The translations under genes were made by a program, and so were the position numbers. Positions 51,220 through 62,841 of a DNA stretch of 64,000 bases are shown one piece after another. Below the pieces are notes generated by a model. It did not search any database, was not told the origin of the DNA, and worked only from the letters and a program-made list of their open reading frames with translations. The first letter of the stretch is position 1; the number at the start of each line of letters is the position of its first letter. The stretch is from Acidimicrobiales bacterium. Its GTDB lineage: Bacteria; Actinomycetota; Acidimicrobiia; Acidimicrobiales; VFJN01. Location of the stretch: assembly GCA_035649475.1 (NCBI GenBank), contig DASRJM010000164.1:20521-84520 (forward strand). The letters run 5' to 3'.

Positions 51220-52047
51220 TCACCGGTCGCGACGCTGGAGCAGCAGGCTCTGCGCCGCCCGGCCCAGCCGCCCCCGCTCGTCGTAGAGCACGCTCTCGGC
51301 CAGGCCCATGCCCTGGTCGCTCGGCAGCGTCATCGCCTCCAGCCCGATCCACTCGCCGGCCGGCGGCCGGGCCAGGTGCATGGTCAGGTCGGGGTTGAGG
51401 AAGATCCAGTCCTCGAACGGCAGGACCCACGAGATGCCGTTGCCGAAGTCGGCGGTGGCGGCCGCCCGCTGCACGCCGGTCGGCTCCTCGTCGCCGACCA
51501 CCGGACGCTGCAGCCGGAACCACGCCGTCGCCGGCCCCGGCCGGTCGCCGCCGTCGACGTAGCGGATCTCCATGCCGGTGCGGTGGAACGCGGGCTGGTC
51601 GCCTTCGTCGCCGAGCCCGATGGGCGACACCACCCCGCCCTCGGGCCCCGACGACAGGAAGCTCTCGTGCCCCTCGCCGGTCGGCAGGTCGATGCGGCGG
51701 ATGGCCACGGCGTGGGCCCGCACCACCTCGACCTCCAGGTCGCCGGCGCTGACCGACACCGTGATGCCGAGCACCCGCCGCCCCGGCCGGGGGACGACGA
51801 TGTCGACCGCCAGCCGCTCGAGCGGGACGGGACGCATCAGCTCGAGCGTGAGACGGGTGAGGGCGAACTGATCGCCCGCGCGCCGCTCCACGGCACGGGC
51901 GATCAGCGCCGCGACCGCGCCGCCGTGCTGATGGCGCGGGTCCCATGGACCGCGGGTGTGCTCGGAAGGAACGAAGTCGGCGCCGCGGGGCTCGAACAGG
52001 GGCGCTGCGGACACCCGGGCGAGCCTACCGGCCCGCGGTTCGGGCAC
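51220..52047 (-). CDS. acyl-CoA thioesterase II-like (double hot-dog) family protein
   Basis: 275 aa. TRGPWDPRHQHGGAVAALIARA is typical of the N-terminal hot-dog of this family. Start is a GTG at 52047 (an alternative GTG lies further downstream). Confidence 0.7.
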   Translation of the reverse strand: MPEPRAGRLARVSAAPLFEPRGADFVPSEHTRGPWDPRHQHGGAVAALIARAVERRAGDQFALTRLTLELMRPVPLERLAVDIVVPRPGRRVLGITVSVSAGDLEVEVVRAHAVAIRRIDLPTGEGHESFLSSGPEGGVVSPIGLGDEGDQPAFHRTGMEIRYVDGGDRPGPATAWFRLQRPVVGDEEPTGVQRAAATADFGNGISWVLPFEDWIFLNPDLTMHLARPPAGEWIGLEAMTLPSDQGMGLAESVLYDERGRLGRAAQSLLLQRRDR

Positions 52048-52524
52048 TTACGCGGCGGGCTTCTCCATCACGGTCACCGAGCGCATCACGTCGCCCTGGC
52101 GGATGTTCTGGGTGACGTCGCTGCCGGACGTGACGTAGCCGAACAGGTTGTAGGCCTTGTCGAGCTTGCGGGTGCAGTCGTCGATGCAGATGAAGAACTG
52201 CGAGCCGTTCGTGTTCGGCCCGGCGTTGGCCATGGCCACCGCGCCCAGCGTGTACTCGCCCTGCACCGGCTCGTCGTCGAAGCGGTAGCCGGGGCCGCCC
52301 CGGCCGGACCCCTCGGGATCGCCGCCCTGGATCACGAAGCCCGGCACGACACGGTGGAAGGTCACGTTGTCGTAGAAGCCCTGCCGGGCCAGCCCCACGA
52401 AGTTGTTGACCGTGTTCGGCGCCAGCCGGGGGTCCAGCTCCATCACGATGTCGCCCTTGTCGGTGGCGATCGTGACCTCGTACGTGGCGTTGTCGTCGAT
52501 CTCGTAGGCGGGAGGAGATGCCAT
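52048..52524 (-). CDS. peptidylprolyl isomerase (cyclophilin type)
   Basis: 158 aa with FHRVVPGFVIQGGDP, GGPGYRFDDE and NTNGSQFFI. Confidence 0.95.
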   Translation of the reverse strand: MASPPAYEIDDNATYEVTIATDKGDIVMELDPRLAPNTVNNFVGLARQGFYDNVTFHRVVPGFVIQGGDPEGSGRGGPGYRFDDEPVQGEYTLGAVAMANAGPNTNGSQFFICIDDCTRKLDKAYNLFGYVTSGSDVTQNIRQGDVMRSVTVMEKPAA

Positions 52525-52544
52525 GGCCGCGTACCCTAGCGGCG

Positions 52545-53183
52545 ATGCCTGACCAACCCCTCGACGCCCGCGAGCGGGCGGAGCTGTGCGACCTGTTCGT
52601 GGCCAAGGGCCCTGACGCCCCCACCCTGTGCGAGGGCTGGACCACCCTCGACCTCGCCGCCCACCTGCTCTTCCGGGAGACCGACCCCCGAGCGGGCCTC
52701 GCCATCGTGGGCGGCCATCGCTTCGCCTCGCTGGAGACCAAGCTCATGGACCGGGTGCGGGCCCAGGGCTACGAGAGGATCGTGGACCGCCTGCGGACCG
52801 GCCCGCCGCTCGTGCCGTGGCGGGTCCCCGGCCTGCGCCCGGTGCTGAACCTGAACGAGTGGTTCGTCCACCACGAGGACGTCCGCCGGCCCAACGGGCT
52901 CGGCCCCCGCACCGACCGGCCCGACCTCGACGCCGTCCTGTGGGCCAACCTGGGGCGCATGGGCCGGTTCATGCTGCGCCGGGTCAAGGGCACGAGCGTG
53001 GCGCTCGAGGCGCCCGGGTTCGGCGAGGTCCCCGCCCGGGGCGACGGCCCGGAGGTCCGCCTGGTCGGCGGCCCCCAGGAGCTGGTGCTCTACCTCAACG
53101 GCCGCCGCACCGGCGCCGAGGTGGAGATCAGCGGCCCCGAGGACGCCCGGGAGGCCCTGGCGGCGGCGCCCCTCGGGTTCTGA
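52545..53183 (+). CDS. TIGR03085-like / mycothiol maleylpyruvate isomerase N-terminal (DinB-like) metal-binding protein
   Basis: ORF 52518..53183 trimmed to the ATG at 52545 (MPDQPLDARERAELCDLFVAKGPDAPTLCEGWTTLDLAAHL). Confidence 0.7.
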   Translation: MPDQPLDARERAELCDLFVAKGPDAPTLCEGWTTLDLAAHLLFRETDPRAGLAIVGGHRFASLETKLMDRVRAQGYERIVDRLRTGPPLVPWRVPGLRPVLNLNEWFVHHEDVRRPNGLGPRTDRPDLDAVLWANLGRMGRFMLRRVKGTSVALEAPGFGEVPARGDGPEVRLVGGPQELVLYLNGRRTGAEVEISGPEDAREALAAAPLGF

Positions 53184-53214
53184 TCGGCCGCGTGCCAACC
53201 ACGCTCCGGAGAGG

Positions 53215-53574
53215 TCACCCGAGCAGGTCGAGCAGCTTCTCCGGGGGCCGGGCCACCACGGCACGGTCGCCGCGGATGACGATGGGCCGCTCGATGAGGA
53301 TCGGATGGGCGACCATGGCGTCGAACAGCGCGTCGTCGTCCGCGTCCTTCAGGTTCAGGTCGCGGTACGGGGCCTCGCCGGTGCGCATCATCTGGCGGGG
53401 GTCGTCGATGCCGAGCAGGCCGTAGATCCGCACGAGCTCGTCCCGCGACGGCGTGTCCTCCAGGTAGTGGACGTAGTCGGCGTCCACCCCCTGCTCGGAC
53501 AGCAGGTCGCGGGCCTGGCGGCACTTGGAGCACCGGGCGTTGAACAGGACGGTGCAGGTCTCGTCGCCGGTCAT
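53215..53574 (-). CDS. ArsC/Spx family thioredoxin-fold protein
   Basis: 119 aa with N-terminal FNARCSKCRQARDLL and C-terminal ILIERPIV typical of the ArsC/Spx/YffB family. Confidence 0.75.
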   Translation of the reverse strand: MTGDETCTVLFNARCSKCRQARDLLSEQGVDADYVHYLEDTPSRDELVRIYGLLGIDDPRQMMRTGEAPYRDLNLKDADDDALFDAMVAHPILIERPIVIRGDRAVVARPPEKLLDLLG

Positions 53575-53586
53575 GGCTCCAACCTC

Positions 53587-54249
53587 TCAGCCCTTGCGGG
53601 CGATGGTCAGCCCGTCGAAGGCGGGCAGGACGGCGGCCTCGACCCGGTCGTCGGCCGCCACCCGGTCGTTGAAGGCCCGCAGCGCCTCGGTGTTCTCGTC
53701 GGTCCGCTCGGGGTTGGCGATCTCTCCGGACCACAGCACGTTGTCGGCCAGCAGCAGCCCGCCCGGCCGGACCCGGGGGACCAGCTCCTCCCAGTAGCCC
53801 ACGTAGCCGGGCTTGTCGGCGTCGATGAACGCGAGGTCGATCGGCTCGTCGGCCGGGAGCGCCCGCAGCGTCTCGATGGCCGGGGCGATGCGCAGCTCGA
53901 TGCGGTCGGCGACGCCGGCCCGCTCCCAGGCCCGGCGGCCGAGCGCCGTCCACTCCTCGCTGACGTCGCAGCACAGCAGCGACCCGCCCGGCGCCAGGCC
54001 CCGGGCGATGCACAGCGACGAGTAGCCGGTGAACGTGCCGACCTCGACGGCGCGGCGGGCGTCGACCAGGCGGGTGAGCAGGGTGAGCAGCTGGCCCTCG
54101 TCGGGGCCGACCTGCATGCCGGCCACGCGGCCGAGGGCCGCGGTCTCGGCCTGGAGGTCCGCCAGCACGTCGTCGACCGGCCACGACCCGTGCGCCACCG
54201 CGTAGTCGATGAGCTCGGCCGTGACGGGGAGGGTGCGGATGTCGGGCAC
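53587..54249 (-). CDS. class I SAM-dependent O-methyltransferase (caffeoyl-CoA OMT-like)
   Basis: 220 aa with the SAM motif VEVGTFTGYSS, then FIDADKPGY and ADNVLWSG. Confidence 0.85.
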   Translation of the reverse strand: MPDIRTLPVTAELIDYAVAHGSWPVDDVLADLQAETAALGRVAGMQVGPDEGQLLTLLTRLVDARRAVEVGTFTGYSSLCIARGLAPGGSLLCCDVSEEWTALGRRAWERAGVADRIELRIAPAIETLRALPADEPIDLAFIDADKPGYVGYWEELVPRVRPGGLLLADNVLWSGEIANPERTDENTEALRAFNDRVAADDRVEAAVLPAFDGLTIARKG

Positions 54250-54305
54250 GCCGTGACGCTACCCGGACGGGCGCCGGCCCCCGGGAGTGGGGCAATCTGG
54301 GGTCC

Positions 54306-55139
54306 ATGTCCGACCGCGTGACCGTCCGCATCGACCGGGGCGTCGCCGACGTCCGGCTCAACAGGCCCGACAAGCTCAACGCCCTCGACGCCGACGTGAT
54401 CCTCGGCCTGGTCGAGGCCGGGGACCGCCTGGCCCGGGACACCTCGATCCGGGCCGTCGTGCTGTCGGGCGAGGGCAAGGCGTTCTCGGCCGGTCTCGAC
54501 TTCTCCGGGTTCATGGCCATGGCCGGCGGCGGCAGCACGGCCGACCGGGACAGCGAGCCCGCCGGCGACGTGGGGATCATCGGCCGGGTGGACGACGGGC
54601 GGATCACCCACGGCGCCCAGCAGTCCGCCCATACCTGGGCCGAGCTGCCCGTGCCGGTCATCGCCGCCATCCAGGGGCACTGCCTGGGCGGCGGCCTGCA
54701 GATCGCCCTCGGCGCCGACATCCGCATCGTGCACCCCGAGGCGAAGCTGTCGGTCCTGGAGATCCGCTGGGGCCTGTCGCCGGACATGACCGGGACCGCC
54801 ACGCTGCCCCGACTCGTCGGCATCGACGTCGCCAAGGAGCTGACCTGGACCGGCCGGATGGTGAGCGGCGAGGAGGCCGTGCGCCTCGGCCTGTGCACCC
54901 GCCTGAGCGAGAGCCCCCGGGAGGACGCGCTGGCGCTGGGGGCCGAGCTGGCGGCCCGCAGCCCGCACGCCGTCCGGGGCGCCAAGCGGCTGCTCGACCA
55001 GGCCGGCACGGTGCCGCTGGCCCGCCAGTACGCGGACGAGCGCACCACCATCGGCTCGCTCATCGGCACGCCCAACCAGGTCGAGGCGGTGGCGGCCTAC
55101 TTCGAGAAGCGCGATCCGTCCTTCGCCGACCCCGACTGA
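54306..55139 (+). CDS. enoyl-CoA hydratase/isomerase (crotonase) family protein
   Basis: 277 aa with LNRPDKLNAL, GEGKAFSAGLDF and GHCLGGGLQIAL. Confidence 0.9.
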   Translation: MSDRVTVRIDRGVADVRLNRPDKLNALDADVILGLVEAGDRLARDTSIRAVVLSGEGKAFSAGLDFSGFMAMAGGGSTADRDSEPAGDVGIIGRVDDGRITHGAQQSAHTWAELPVPVIAAIQGHCLGGGLQIALGADIRIVHPEAKLSVLEIRWGLSPDMTGTATLPRLVGIDVAKELTWTGRMVSGEEAVRLGLCTRLSESPREDALALGAELAARSPHAVRGAKRLLDQAGTVPLARQYADERTTIGSLIGTPNQVEAVAAYFEKRDPSFADPD

Positions 55140-55181
55140 GGCTGCGCCGATCGGCGCACGTCTTCGCGCGCTCCGTGAGGC

Positions 55182-56777
55182 TCAGTAGCCGGACGCGGCG
55201 CCGTCGAGGGTCCGGGGGTCGGCCACGCCGGCCAGCACGCCGTCGATCGCCTCGATCACCATGGCGTGGCCGATGGGGTAGTAGGCCCGGTCCGGCGCTC
55301 GCCGCACGTCGTGGCCCCGGGCGGTCAGGCCCGCGTCCCACCCCTCGGGGGCGTGCTCCTCGAGCGCGATGTGCCCGGGGCCGTCGCCCTCCCAGATCTC
55401 GAACCCGCCCGCCCCGAGGGACCACCGGCCGGCCGACACCGCCCTGGCGGGGGACTCGCCGTGGACCAGCAACCGCACGAGCACCTGGAGGAGGATCTGG
55501 GGCTGGGAGTCGCCGCCCATCGTGCCGAGCACCGCCCGCAGCGACCCGTCGGGCCTGGTGACAAGCGCCGGCGACAGCGTGTGCGGCGGCCGGCGGCCGG
55601 GCGCGAGCTCGGCCGCATGGCCGGGCTCCAGGCGGAAGCCCATGCCGCGATCGTGCAGGAAGATCCCGGTCGCCGGCTCGACCAGGTGGGCACCCCAGCC
55701 CGACGCGTTCGACTGGATCAGCGTGACGCCCATGCGGGCCCGGTCCACCGCGCAGCACACGGTCGTCCCGCCCGCGCGGGTGAGCGCCCTGGTGTCGGCC
55801 CGACGCTCCGGATCGATGGCGGCCCGGCGGTCGGCCAGGCGCTCCGGGTCGAGCAGTGCGGTGCCGTCGGCTCCCTCGTGCAGCCGCGCGTCGCGGTCGA
55901 TGCCCACCGCCCGCGCTGACTCGGCCAGCAGGTGCGGCCAGCGGGGGTCGTCGGGGTCGTCGGGGAGCGGCAGGCCCTCGGCCACGACCGCGCCGGCCAG
56001 CAGCAGGTAGGCCTGCGACGGCGGCGGGGGCACGAGCACGTCGTGGCCCCACACCGTGACCCGGAGCGGCTCGACCCACTCGGCCTGCGACCGGTCCAGG
56101 TCCTCGGCGGTGAACAGGCCGGCCCCGAGGTCGAGCAGCCCGTCGCCGAAGGGGCCGCGGTAGAACCCGGTGCGGCCCTCGGCGACGATCGCGTCCAGCG
56201 CGGCGGCCACCCCGGGCCGGCGGATCAGCGTGCCGACCGGCAGCCGGCCCCCGGCGGCCATGGCCGGATCCACGTAGTCCGCGGCCCCCTCGACCTCGAG
56301 GATCCGGGCCACCATGAGGGCCAGCAGCCGGGAGGCGGGGAAGCCGGTGGCGGCGTATGTGATCGCCGCCTCCAGGACCTGGTCGATCGGCAGGCGGCCG
56401 TAGCGCCGGTGGAGCGCCAGCCAGCCGTCGACGCACCCGGGGATCGTGACCGCCCGCACGTCGTCGGTGTAGGGCAGCCGGTCGAGTCCCTCTGCCCGGA
56501 CCTGGACGGCGTCGGCCCCCGAGCCGGCCCGGCCGGCCGCGCACAGCGCAGCCGGGGGCTCGCCGGGCACGTGGACCATGGCGAACAGGTCGCCGCCCAT
56601 GCCGCACATGTGCTGAGTCGTGACCGCCAGCACGGCCCCCGCCGCCACCGCGGCGTCGGCCGCGTTGCCGCCGGCCCGCAGCGCCGCGACCCCGGCCGAG
56701 GAGGCCAGGTGGTCCGCGGACGCCACCATGCCCGAGGGGGCGTGGACCGTCGTCGCTCCGATGCTGCCCGTCGCCAT
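55182..56777 (-). CDS. ggt: gamma-glutamyltransferase family protein
   Basis: 531 aa with GGNAADAAVAAGAVL, GMGGDLFAMV and the autoprocessing-site-like AGGTTVCCAVD. Confidence 0.85.
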   Translation of the reverse strand: MATGSIGATTVHAPSGMVASADHLASSAGVAALRAGGNAADAAVAAGAVLAVTTQHMCGMGGDLFAMVHVPGEPPAALCAAGRAGSGADAVQVRAEGLDRLPYTDDVRAVTIPGCVDGWLALHRRYGRLPIDQVLEAAITYAATGFPASRLLALMVARILEVEGAADYVDPAMAAGGRLPVGTLIRRPGVAAALDAIVAEGRTGFYRGPFGDGLLDLGAGLFTAEDLDRSQAEWVEPLRVTVWGHDVLVPPPPSQAYLLLAGAVVAEGLPLPDDPDDPRWPHLLAESARAVGIDRDARLHEGADGTALLDPERLADRRAAIDPERRADTRALTRAGGTTVCCAVDRARMGVTLIQSNASGWGAHLVEPATGIFLHDRGMGFRLEPGHAAELAPGRRPPHTLSPALVTRPDGSLRAVLGTMGGDSQPQILLQVLVRLLVHGESPARAVSAGRWSLGAGGFEIWEGDGPGHIALEEHAPEGWDAGLTARGHDVRRAPDRAYYPIGHAMVIEAIDGVLAGVADPRTLDGAASGY

Positions 56778-56819
56778 CGCCGGGAGGCTAACCGTCGCCC
56801 GGCCGCTGCCGGGTTCGCC

Positions 56820-57668
56820 TCAGCGCCCGTCGACGAGCGCGCCCGCCTCCCGCCAGGCCGCCTCGACCGCGTCCAGGCGGCGCGTGGCGGTGCGGCGGAG
56901 CCGGGCGGCGGTGCCGGTGACAAGCGCGTTGGCCAGCGCCAGCGTGCCCACGTGGCTGTCGAACACGCCGGCGCCCTCGGCCGCCACGGTGAACGCCACG
57001 GCGGCCTCCGCGGCCAGCGGCGAGAGGGGGCTGTCGGTGACGGCGATCGCGGTGGCGCCGGCCGCCACCGCCCGGGTCACGTGGTCGACCACCCAGCGCT
57101 CGTAGCGGCGCAGGTCGATCGCCACGACCACGGTGTCCTCGCCGCAGCCGGCCATCTGCCGGGCGACCGCGACATCGGACCCGCCGACCTGGCTCACGCC
57201 CTCCCGCACCAGGGTCAGCGCCGCGGCCAGCATCGCCCCGACGCCCGTCTCGGCGTCCCCCGCCACGACCAGGACCTCGCGGCGTCGGTCCGCCAGCAGG
57301 GCGACGGCCCGGCCGAACGCCTCGGGCGCCACGCCGGCCAGGGTGCGCTCGACGTTGGCGACCTCGGCCCCCAGCGTGCGGCTCACGACGTCGGACCCGT
57401 GCTCGCCCCGGATTCGCTCGACCGCCGGCCGCAGCTGCTGGCCGATGGCCGACTGGACCGCGGCCTGGAGGCCGCTGAAGCCGGGGTAGCCGAGCCGGGT
57501 CGCCAGTCGCACCACGGACGCGCCGGACGTGTCGGCCGCCTCGGCCACACGGGCCACGGTCCCGAACGCCACCGACTCGGGGTCGCGCAGCACGACCTCG
57601 GCGACCTGGCGCTCGGTGGGGGAGAGGTCGGCCCGGTGGGCCTCGATGCGCTCCGCGACCTCGGTCAT
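56820..57668 (-). CDS. MurR/RpiR family transcriptional regulator (HTH_6 plus SIS)
   Basis: C-terminal 282 aa of ORF 56820..59159, from the ATG at 57668 (MTEVAERIEAHRADLSPTERQVAEVVL). A SIS domain follows. Confidence 0.85.
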   Translation of the reverse strand: MTEVAERIEAHRADLSPTERQVAEVVLRDPESVAFGTVARVAEAADTSGASVVRLATRLGYPGFSGLQAAVQSAIGQQLRPAVERIRGEHGSDVVSRTLGAEVANVERTLAGVAPEAFGRAVALLADRRREVLVVAGDAETGVGAMLAAALTLVREGVSQVGGSDVAVARQMAGCGEDTVVVAIDLRRYERWVVDHVTRAVAAGATAIAVTDSPLSPLAAEAAVAFTVAAEGAGVFDSHVGTLALANALVTGTAARLRRTATRRLDAVEAAWREAGALVDGR

Positions 57669-57728
57669 GGAGCGAATGATACGGTCTGCAACAGTAGTGA
57701 AACGTTTGTTCCAACCTGCGGGAGCACC

Positions 57729-59186
57729 ATGACGACGTTCCGATCGGTCAACCCCGCCCGTCCCGACGACGTGGTGGGCGAGTATCCCCAGCACGGCGCG
57801 GGCGACGTCGACGATGCCGTCGCCCGCGCCGCGGCCGCCCAGCGCGACTGGGCCCGCCGCCCCGTCCCGGCCCGGGCCGACGTGATCGCGGGCGCCGGCG
57901 GCATCATCGCCCGCGACAAGGACCGCTTCGGTGACCTGGTGGCCCGGGAGGCGGGCAAGATCCTGGTCGAGGCCGGCGGCGACGTGCAGGAGGCCGTCGA
58001 CATGGCCTACTTCGTCGCCGGCCAGGGCCGGTCGGCCTGGGGCGAGACCGTGCCGTCCGAGCTGGGCGACAAGCTTTGCTGGACCACCCGCCAGCCGGTC
58101 GGCGTGGTCGGGATGATCACGCCCTGGAACTTCCCGATAGCGATCCCGTCGTGGAAGATCTTCCCCGCCCTGCTGGCGGGCAACGGCGTGGTCATCAAGC
58201 CGAGCGAGCACGCCCCGGCCTGCTGCGAGCTGTTCGCCGCCGCGTGCGTCGAGGCGGGCGTGCCGGCGGACCTGATCCAGGTCGTCCACGGCTTCGCCGA
58301 GCCGGCCGCCGCCCTGGCCGTGCACCCCGGCGTGGGGGCGGTCAGCTTCACCGGCTCGGTTCCCACCGGCCGCAAGGTGGCGGCCGCCGCCATGGAGACC
58401 GGCCCCCGCGTCGTGTCGCTGGAGCTGGGCGGCAAGAACGCCATGGTGGTGCGGCCCGACGCCGACCTCGACCTGGCGGTGGACGGCGCGGTGTTCGGCG
58501 CCTTCGGCACCTCGGGCCAGCGCTGCACCTCGACCTCCCGGCTGATCGTGCACCCCGACGTGGCCGGCGAGCTGGTCGACCGCATCGTCAAGCGGGCGTC
58601 CGAGCTGCGCCTCGGCGACCCCCGGGACCAGGGGACCGACGTCGGCCCGGTCATCACCGGTTCGTCGTCCGAGCGGATCGGTGCGATGGTGGCCGCCGCC
58701 GTCGACGAGGGCGCCACGGTCGCCACCGGCGGCGGGCCGGTCGAGGTCGAGGGGTGCGCGGGCGCCGCCTTCTTCGCCCCGACCGTGCTGACCGGCGTGC
58801 GGCCGGAGCACCGCATCGCCCGCGAGGAGGTGTTCGGCCCTGTGCTGGCGGTCCTGGAGGTGGCCGGCCTCGACGAGGCGCTCGAGGTGGTCAACAGCGT
58901 CGAGTACGGCCTGTCGGCCGCCGTCTACACCCGCGACATCAGCGCCGCGCTGCGGGCCGTCGACGCGATCGACACGGGCATCGTCTACGTCAACGCCCCG
59001 ACCATCGGCGCCGAGATCCCGCTGCCGTTCGGCGGCACCAAGCACACCGGCAACGGCTTCCGGGAGGCCGGCACCCGGGGCATCGAGCAGTTCAGCCAGC
59101 CCAAGACCGTCTACGTCGACTACTCCGGGCGCCTCCAGAAGGCCCAGATCGACACTCACCCGCTGCGAGAGGACGAATCCGCGTGA
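57729..59186 (+). CDS. NAD(P)-dependent aldehyde dehydrogenase
   Basis: In-frame part of ORF 55932..59186, from the ATG at 57729 (MTTFRSVNPARP). Catalytic motifs ELGGKNAMVV and FGTSGQRCTS. Confidence 0.9.
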   Translation: MTTFRSVNPARPDDVVGEYPQHGAGDVDDAVARAAAAQRDWARRPVPARADVIAGAGGIIARDKDRFGDLVAREAGKILVEAGGDVQEAVDMAYFVAGQGRSAWGETVPSELGDKLCWTTRQPVGVVGMITPWNFPIAIPSWKIFPALLAGNGVVIKPSEHAPACCELFAAACVEAGVPADLIQVVHGFAEPAAALAVHPGVGAVSFTGSVPTGRKVAAAAMETGPRVVSLELGGKNAMVVRPDADLDLAVDGAVFGAFGTSGQRCTSTSRLIVHPDVAGELVDRIVKRASELRLGDPRDQGTDVGPVITGSSSERIGAMVAAAVDEGATVATGGGPVEVEGCAGAAFFAPTVLTGVRPEHRIAREEVFGPVLAVLEVAGLDEALEVVNSVEYGLSAAVYTRDISAALRAVDAIDTGIVYVNAPTIGAEIPLPFGGTKHTGNGFREAGTRGIEQFSQPKTVYVDYSGRLQKAQIDTHPLREDESA

Positions 59187-60460
59187 GCACCGTCACCACC
59201 GGCGAGGCCACGGCCGCATGGTTGGCGCGCGACCACGAGGCGCTGGCCGGCGTCCTGCCCCGCTACTACGACGTGGTGGCGGAGCGGGGCGAGGGGTCGT
59301 GGCTGGTCGACGTCGACGGCCGCCGCTACCTCGACCTCGGGGCCGGCATCGCGGTCAACACGACCGGCCACGCCCACCCCCGCGTGGTGGCGGCGATCGC
59401 CGACCAGGCGGCCACGCTGGTCCACACCTCGGTGGTGGTCCACCACACCCGCAACATCGAGCTGGCCGAGCGGCTGGGCGCGCTGTGCCCGTTCCTCGAC
59501 GACCCGCAGGTGTTCTTCTGCAACTCGGGGGCCGAGGCGGTGGACGGGGCGCTCAAGATGGCCCGCAAGCTCACCGGCCGGCCCGGGATCGTGGCGTTCC
59601 GCCGGGCGTTCCACGGCCGGACCCTGGCCGCCACGTCGCTGACCACCGCCAAGGGCCGCTACCGCGAGGGCTACGAGCCGCTGCTGCCCTGCGTCTACCA
59701 CGCCCCCTACTGCGTGCCTCACGAGCACGCCACGCCGGACGCGGCGGTCGAGGCTGCGCTGGCCGAGCTCGACCGGCTGCTGACGCTCGAGGCCCCGCCC
59801 GCCAACGTCGGCGCCATGATCGTCGAGCCCGTGCTCGGCGAGGGCGGCTACGTGCCCCCGCCCCGCGACTGGCTGGCCGGCCTGCGGGAGCGGTGTGATG
59901 CGCACGGCATCCTGCTGATCTTCGACGAGGTCCAGTGCGGCATCGGCCGGACCGGCCGGCCGTTCGCGGCCGAGGCGTACGGCGTGCGGCCCGACGTCGT
60001 GCTGTTCGCCAAGGGCATCGCCTCCGGCCTGCCGCTGGGCGGGATCATCGCCGGCCGGGCGCTGATGGAGCGCTGGCCGACCGGCGCCCACGGGTCGACC
60101 TTCGGCGGCAACCCGGTGGCCTGCGCAGCGGCGCTGGCGACCCTCGACGTGCTGGAGGAGACACGCGGCTATGCCCGGGCCGCGTCCCTCGGCGCGACGG
60201 TGATCGACCGCCTCCGGCGGGACCTCGGCGGCCACCCGGCCGTGCGCGACATCCGGGGCATCGGCCTCATGGTCGGTGTCGAGCTGGCGGACAAGGCCGT
60301 GGCCGACGCCGTCTGCGCCGCCTGCCTCGACGCCGGCGTGATCGTCCTGTCCTGCGGTCCGGACGAGAACGTGCTGCGCCTGGTCCCGCCTTTGACGATC
60401 AGCGACGAGGACATCGACCTCGGCCTGGACGTCCTCTGCGGGGCGATCTCAGCGGCGTGA
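59183..60460 (+). CDS. class III aminotransferase (4-aminobutyrate/omega-amino acid type)
   Basis: In-frame part of ORF 58076..60460. The GTG at 59183 overlaps the ALDH stop (GTGA). Contains FDEVQCGIGRTG and a PLP-Lys region FAKGIASG. Confidence 0.9.
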   Translation: MSTVTTGEATAAWLARDHEALAGVLPRYYDVVAERGEGSWLVDVDGRRYLDLGAGIAVNTTGHAHPRVVAAIADQAATLVHTSVVVHHTRNIELAERLGALCPFLDDPQVFFCNSGAEAVDGALKMARKLTGRPGIVAFRRAFHGRTLAATSLTTAKGRYREGYEPLLPCVYHAPYCVPHEHATPDAAVEAALAELDRLLTLEAPPANVGAMIVEPVLGEGGYVPPPRDWLAGLRERCDAHGILLIFDEVQCGIGRTGRPFAAEAYGVRPDVVLFAKGIASGLPLGGIIAGRALMERWPTGAHGSTFGGNPVACAAALATLDVLEETRGYARAASLGATVIDRLRRDLGGHPAVRDIRGIGLMVGVELADKAVADAVCAACLDAGVIVLSCGPDENVLRLVPPLTISDEDIDLGLDVLCGAISAA

Positions 60461-60714
60461 TCGTTTGGGCCGGGCGGCGCGCCGCGTCGGCGTGAGGCCG
60501 CCTCCGGCGTGGGCCTCGGCGACGAGGCGGGACACCCGGTCCTCGTCCAGCTTGACGACCAGGTCGCCGGTGCGGCGGTCGACGCTGGCGAAGAACTGGC
60601 CCTGGAGCCGCAGGCAGGGGAAGCCCATCATCGTCGACCGGCTGACGCCCGCCTGGTCGAGCAGGGGAGCGGCCAGCTCCCAGAACCGCGCCTCACCTCG
60701 GTGCGCTCGCTCAC
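60449..60714 (-). pseudogene. possible frameshifted small gene (TfoX_N-like fold suggested, weak)
   Basis: 60-aa ORF 60449..60631 (MMGFPCLRLQGQFFASVDRRTGDLVVKLDEDRV). The same frame stays open upstream (..RFWELAAPLLDQAGVSRST) but has no start codon. A GTG at 60714 (VSERTEVRR) lies one frame off. Confidence 0.3.
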
Positions 60715-60822
60715 GGCCGGCCGACCCCAGCGGCGGGCACCAGCTCCAGGAACCGCCCTGCGCAGAAGTCGCCGTTGGCGTGGGTGGCGCTCACGGCATC
60801 AGCCCCGTCGCGCGAGCACCGT

Positions 60823-62837
<2,015 letters not shown>

Positions 62838-62841
<4 letters not shown>

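Noticed and set aside
49585-52047. Acyl-CoA synthetase plus thioesterase as part of a secondary-metabolite cluster
   Set aside because: There are no PKS, NRPS, carrier-protein or tailoring genes adjacent. The pair looks like ordinary lipid or aromatic acid metabolism.
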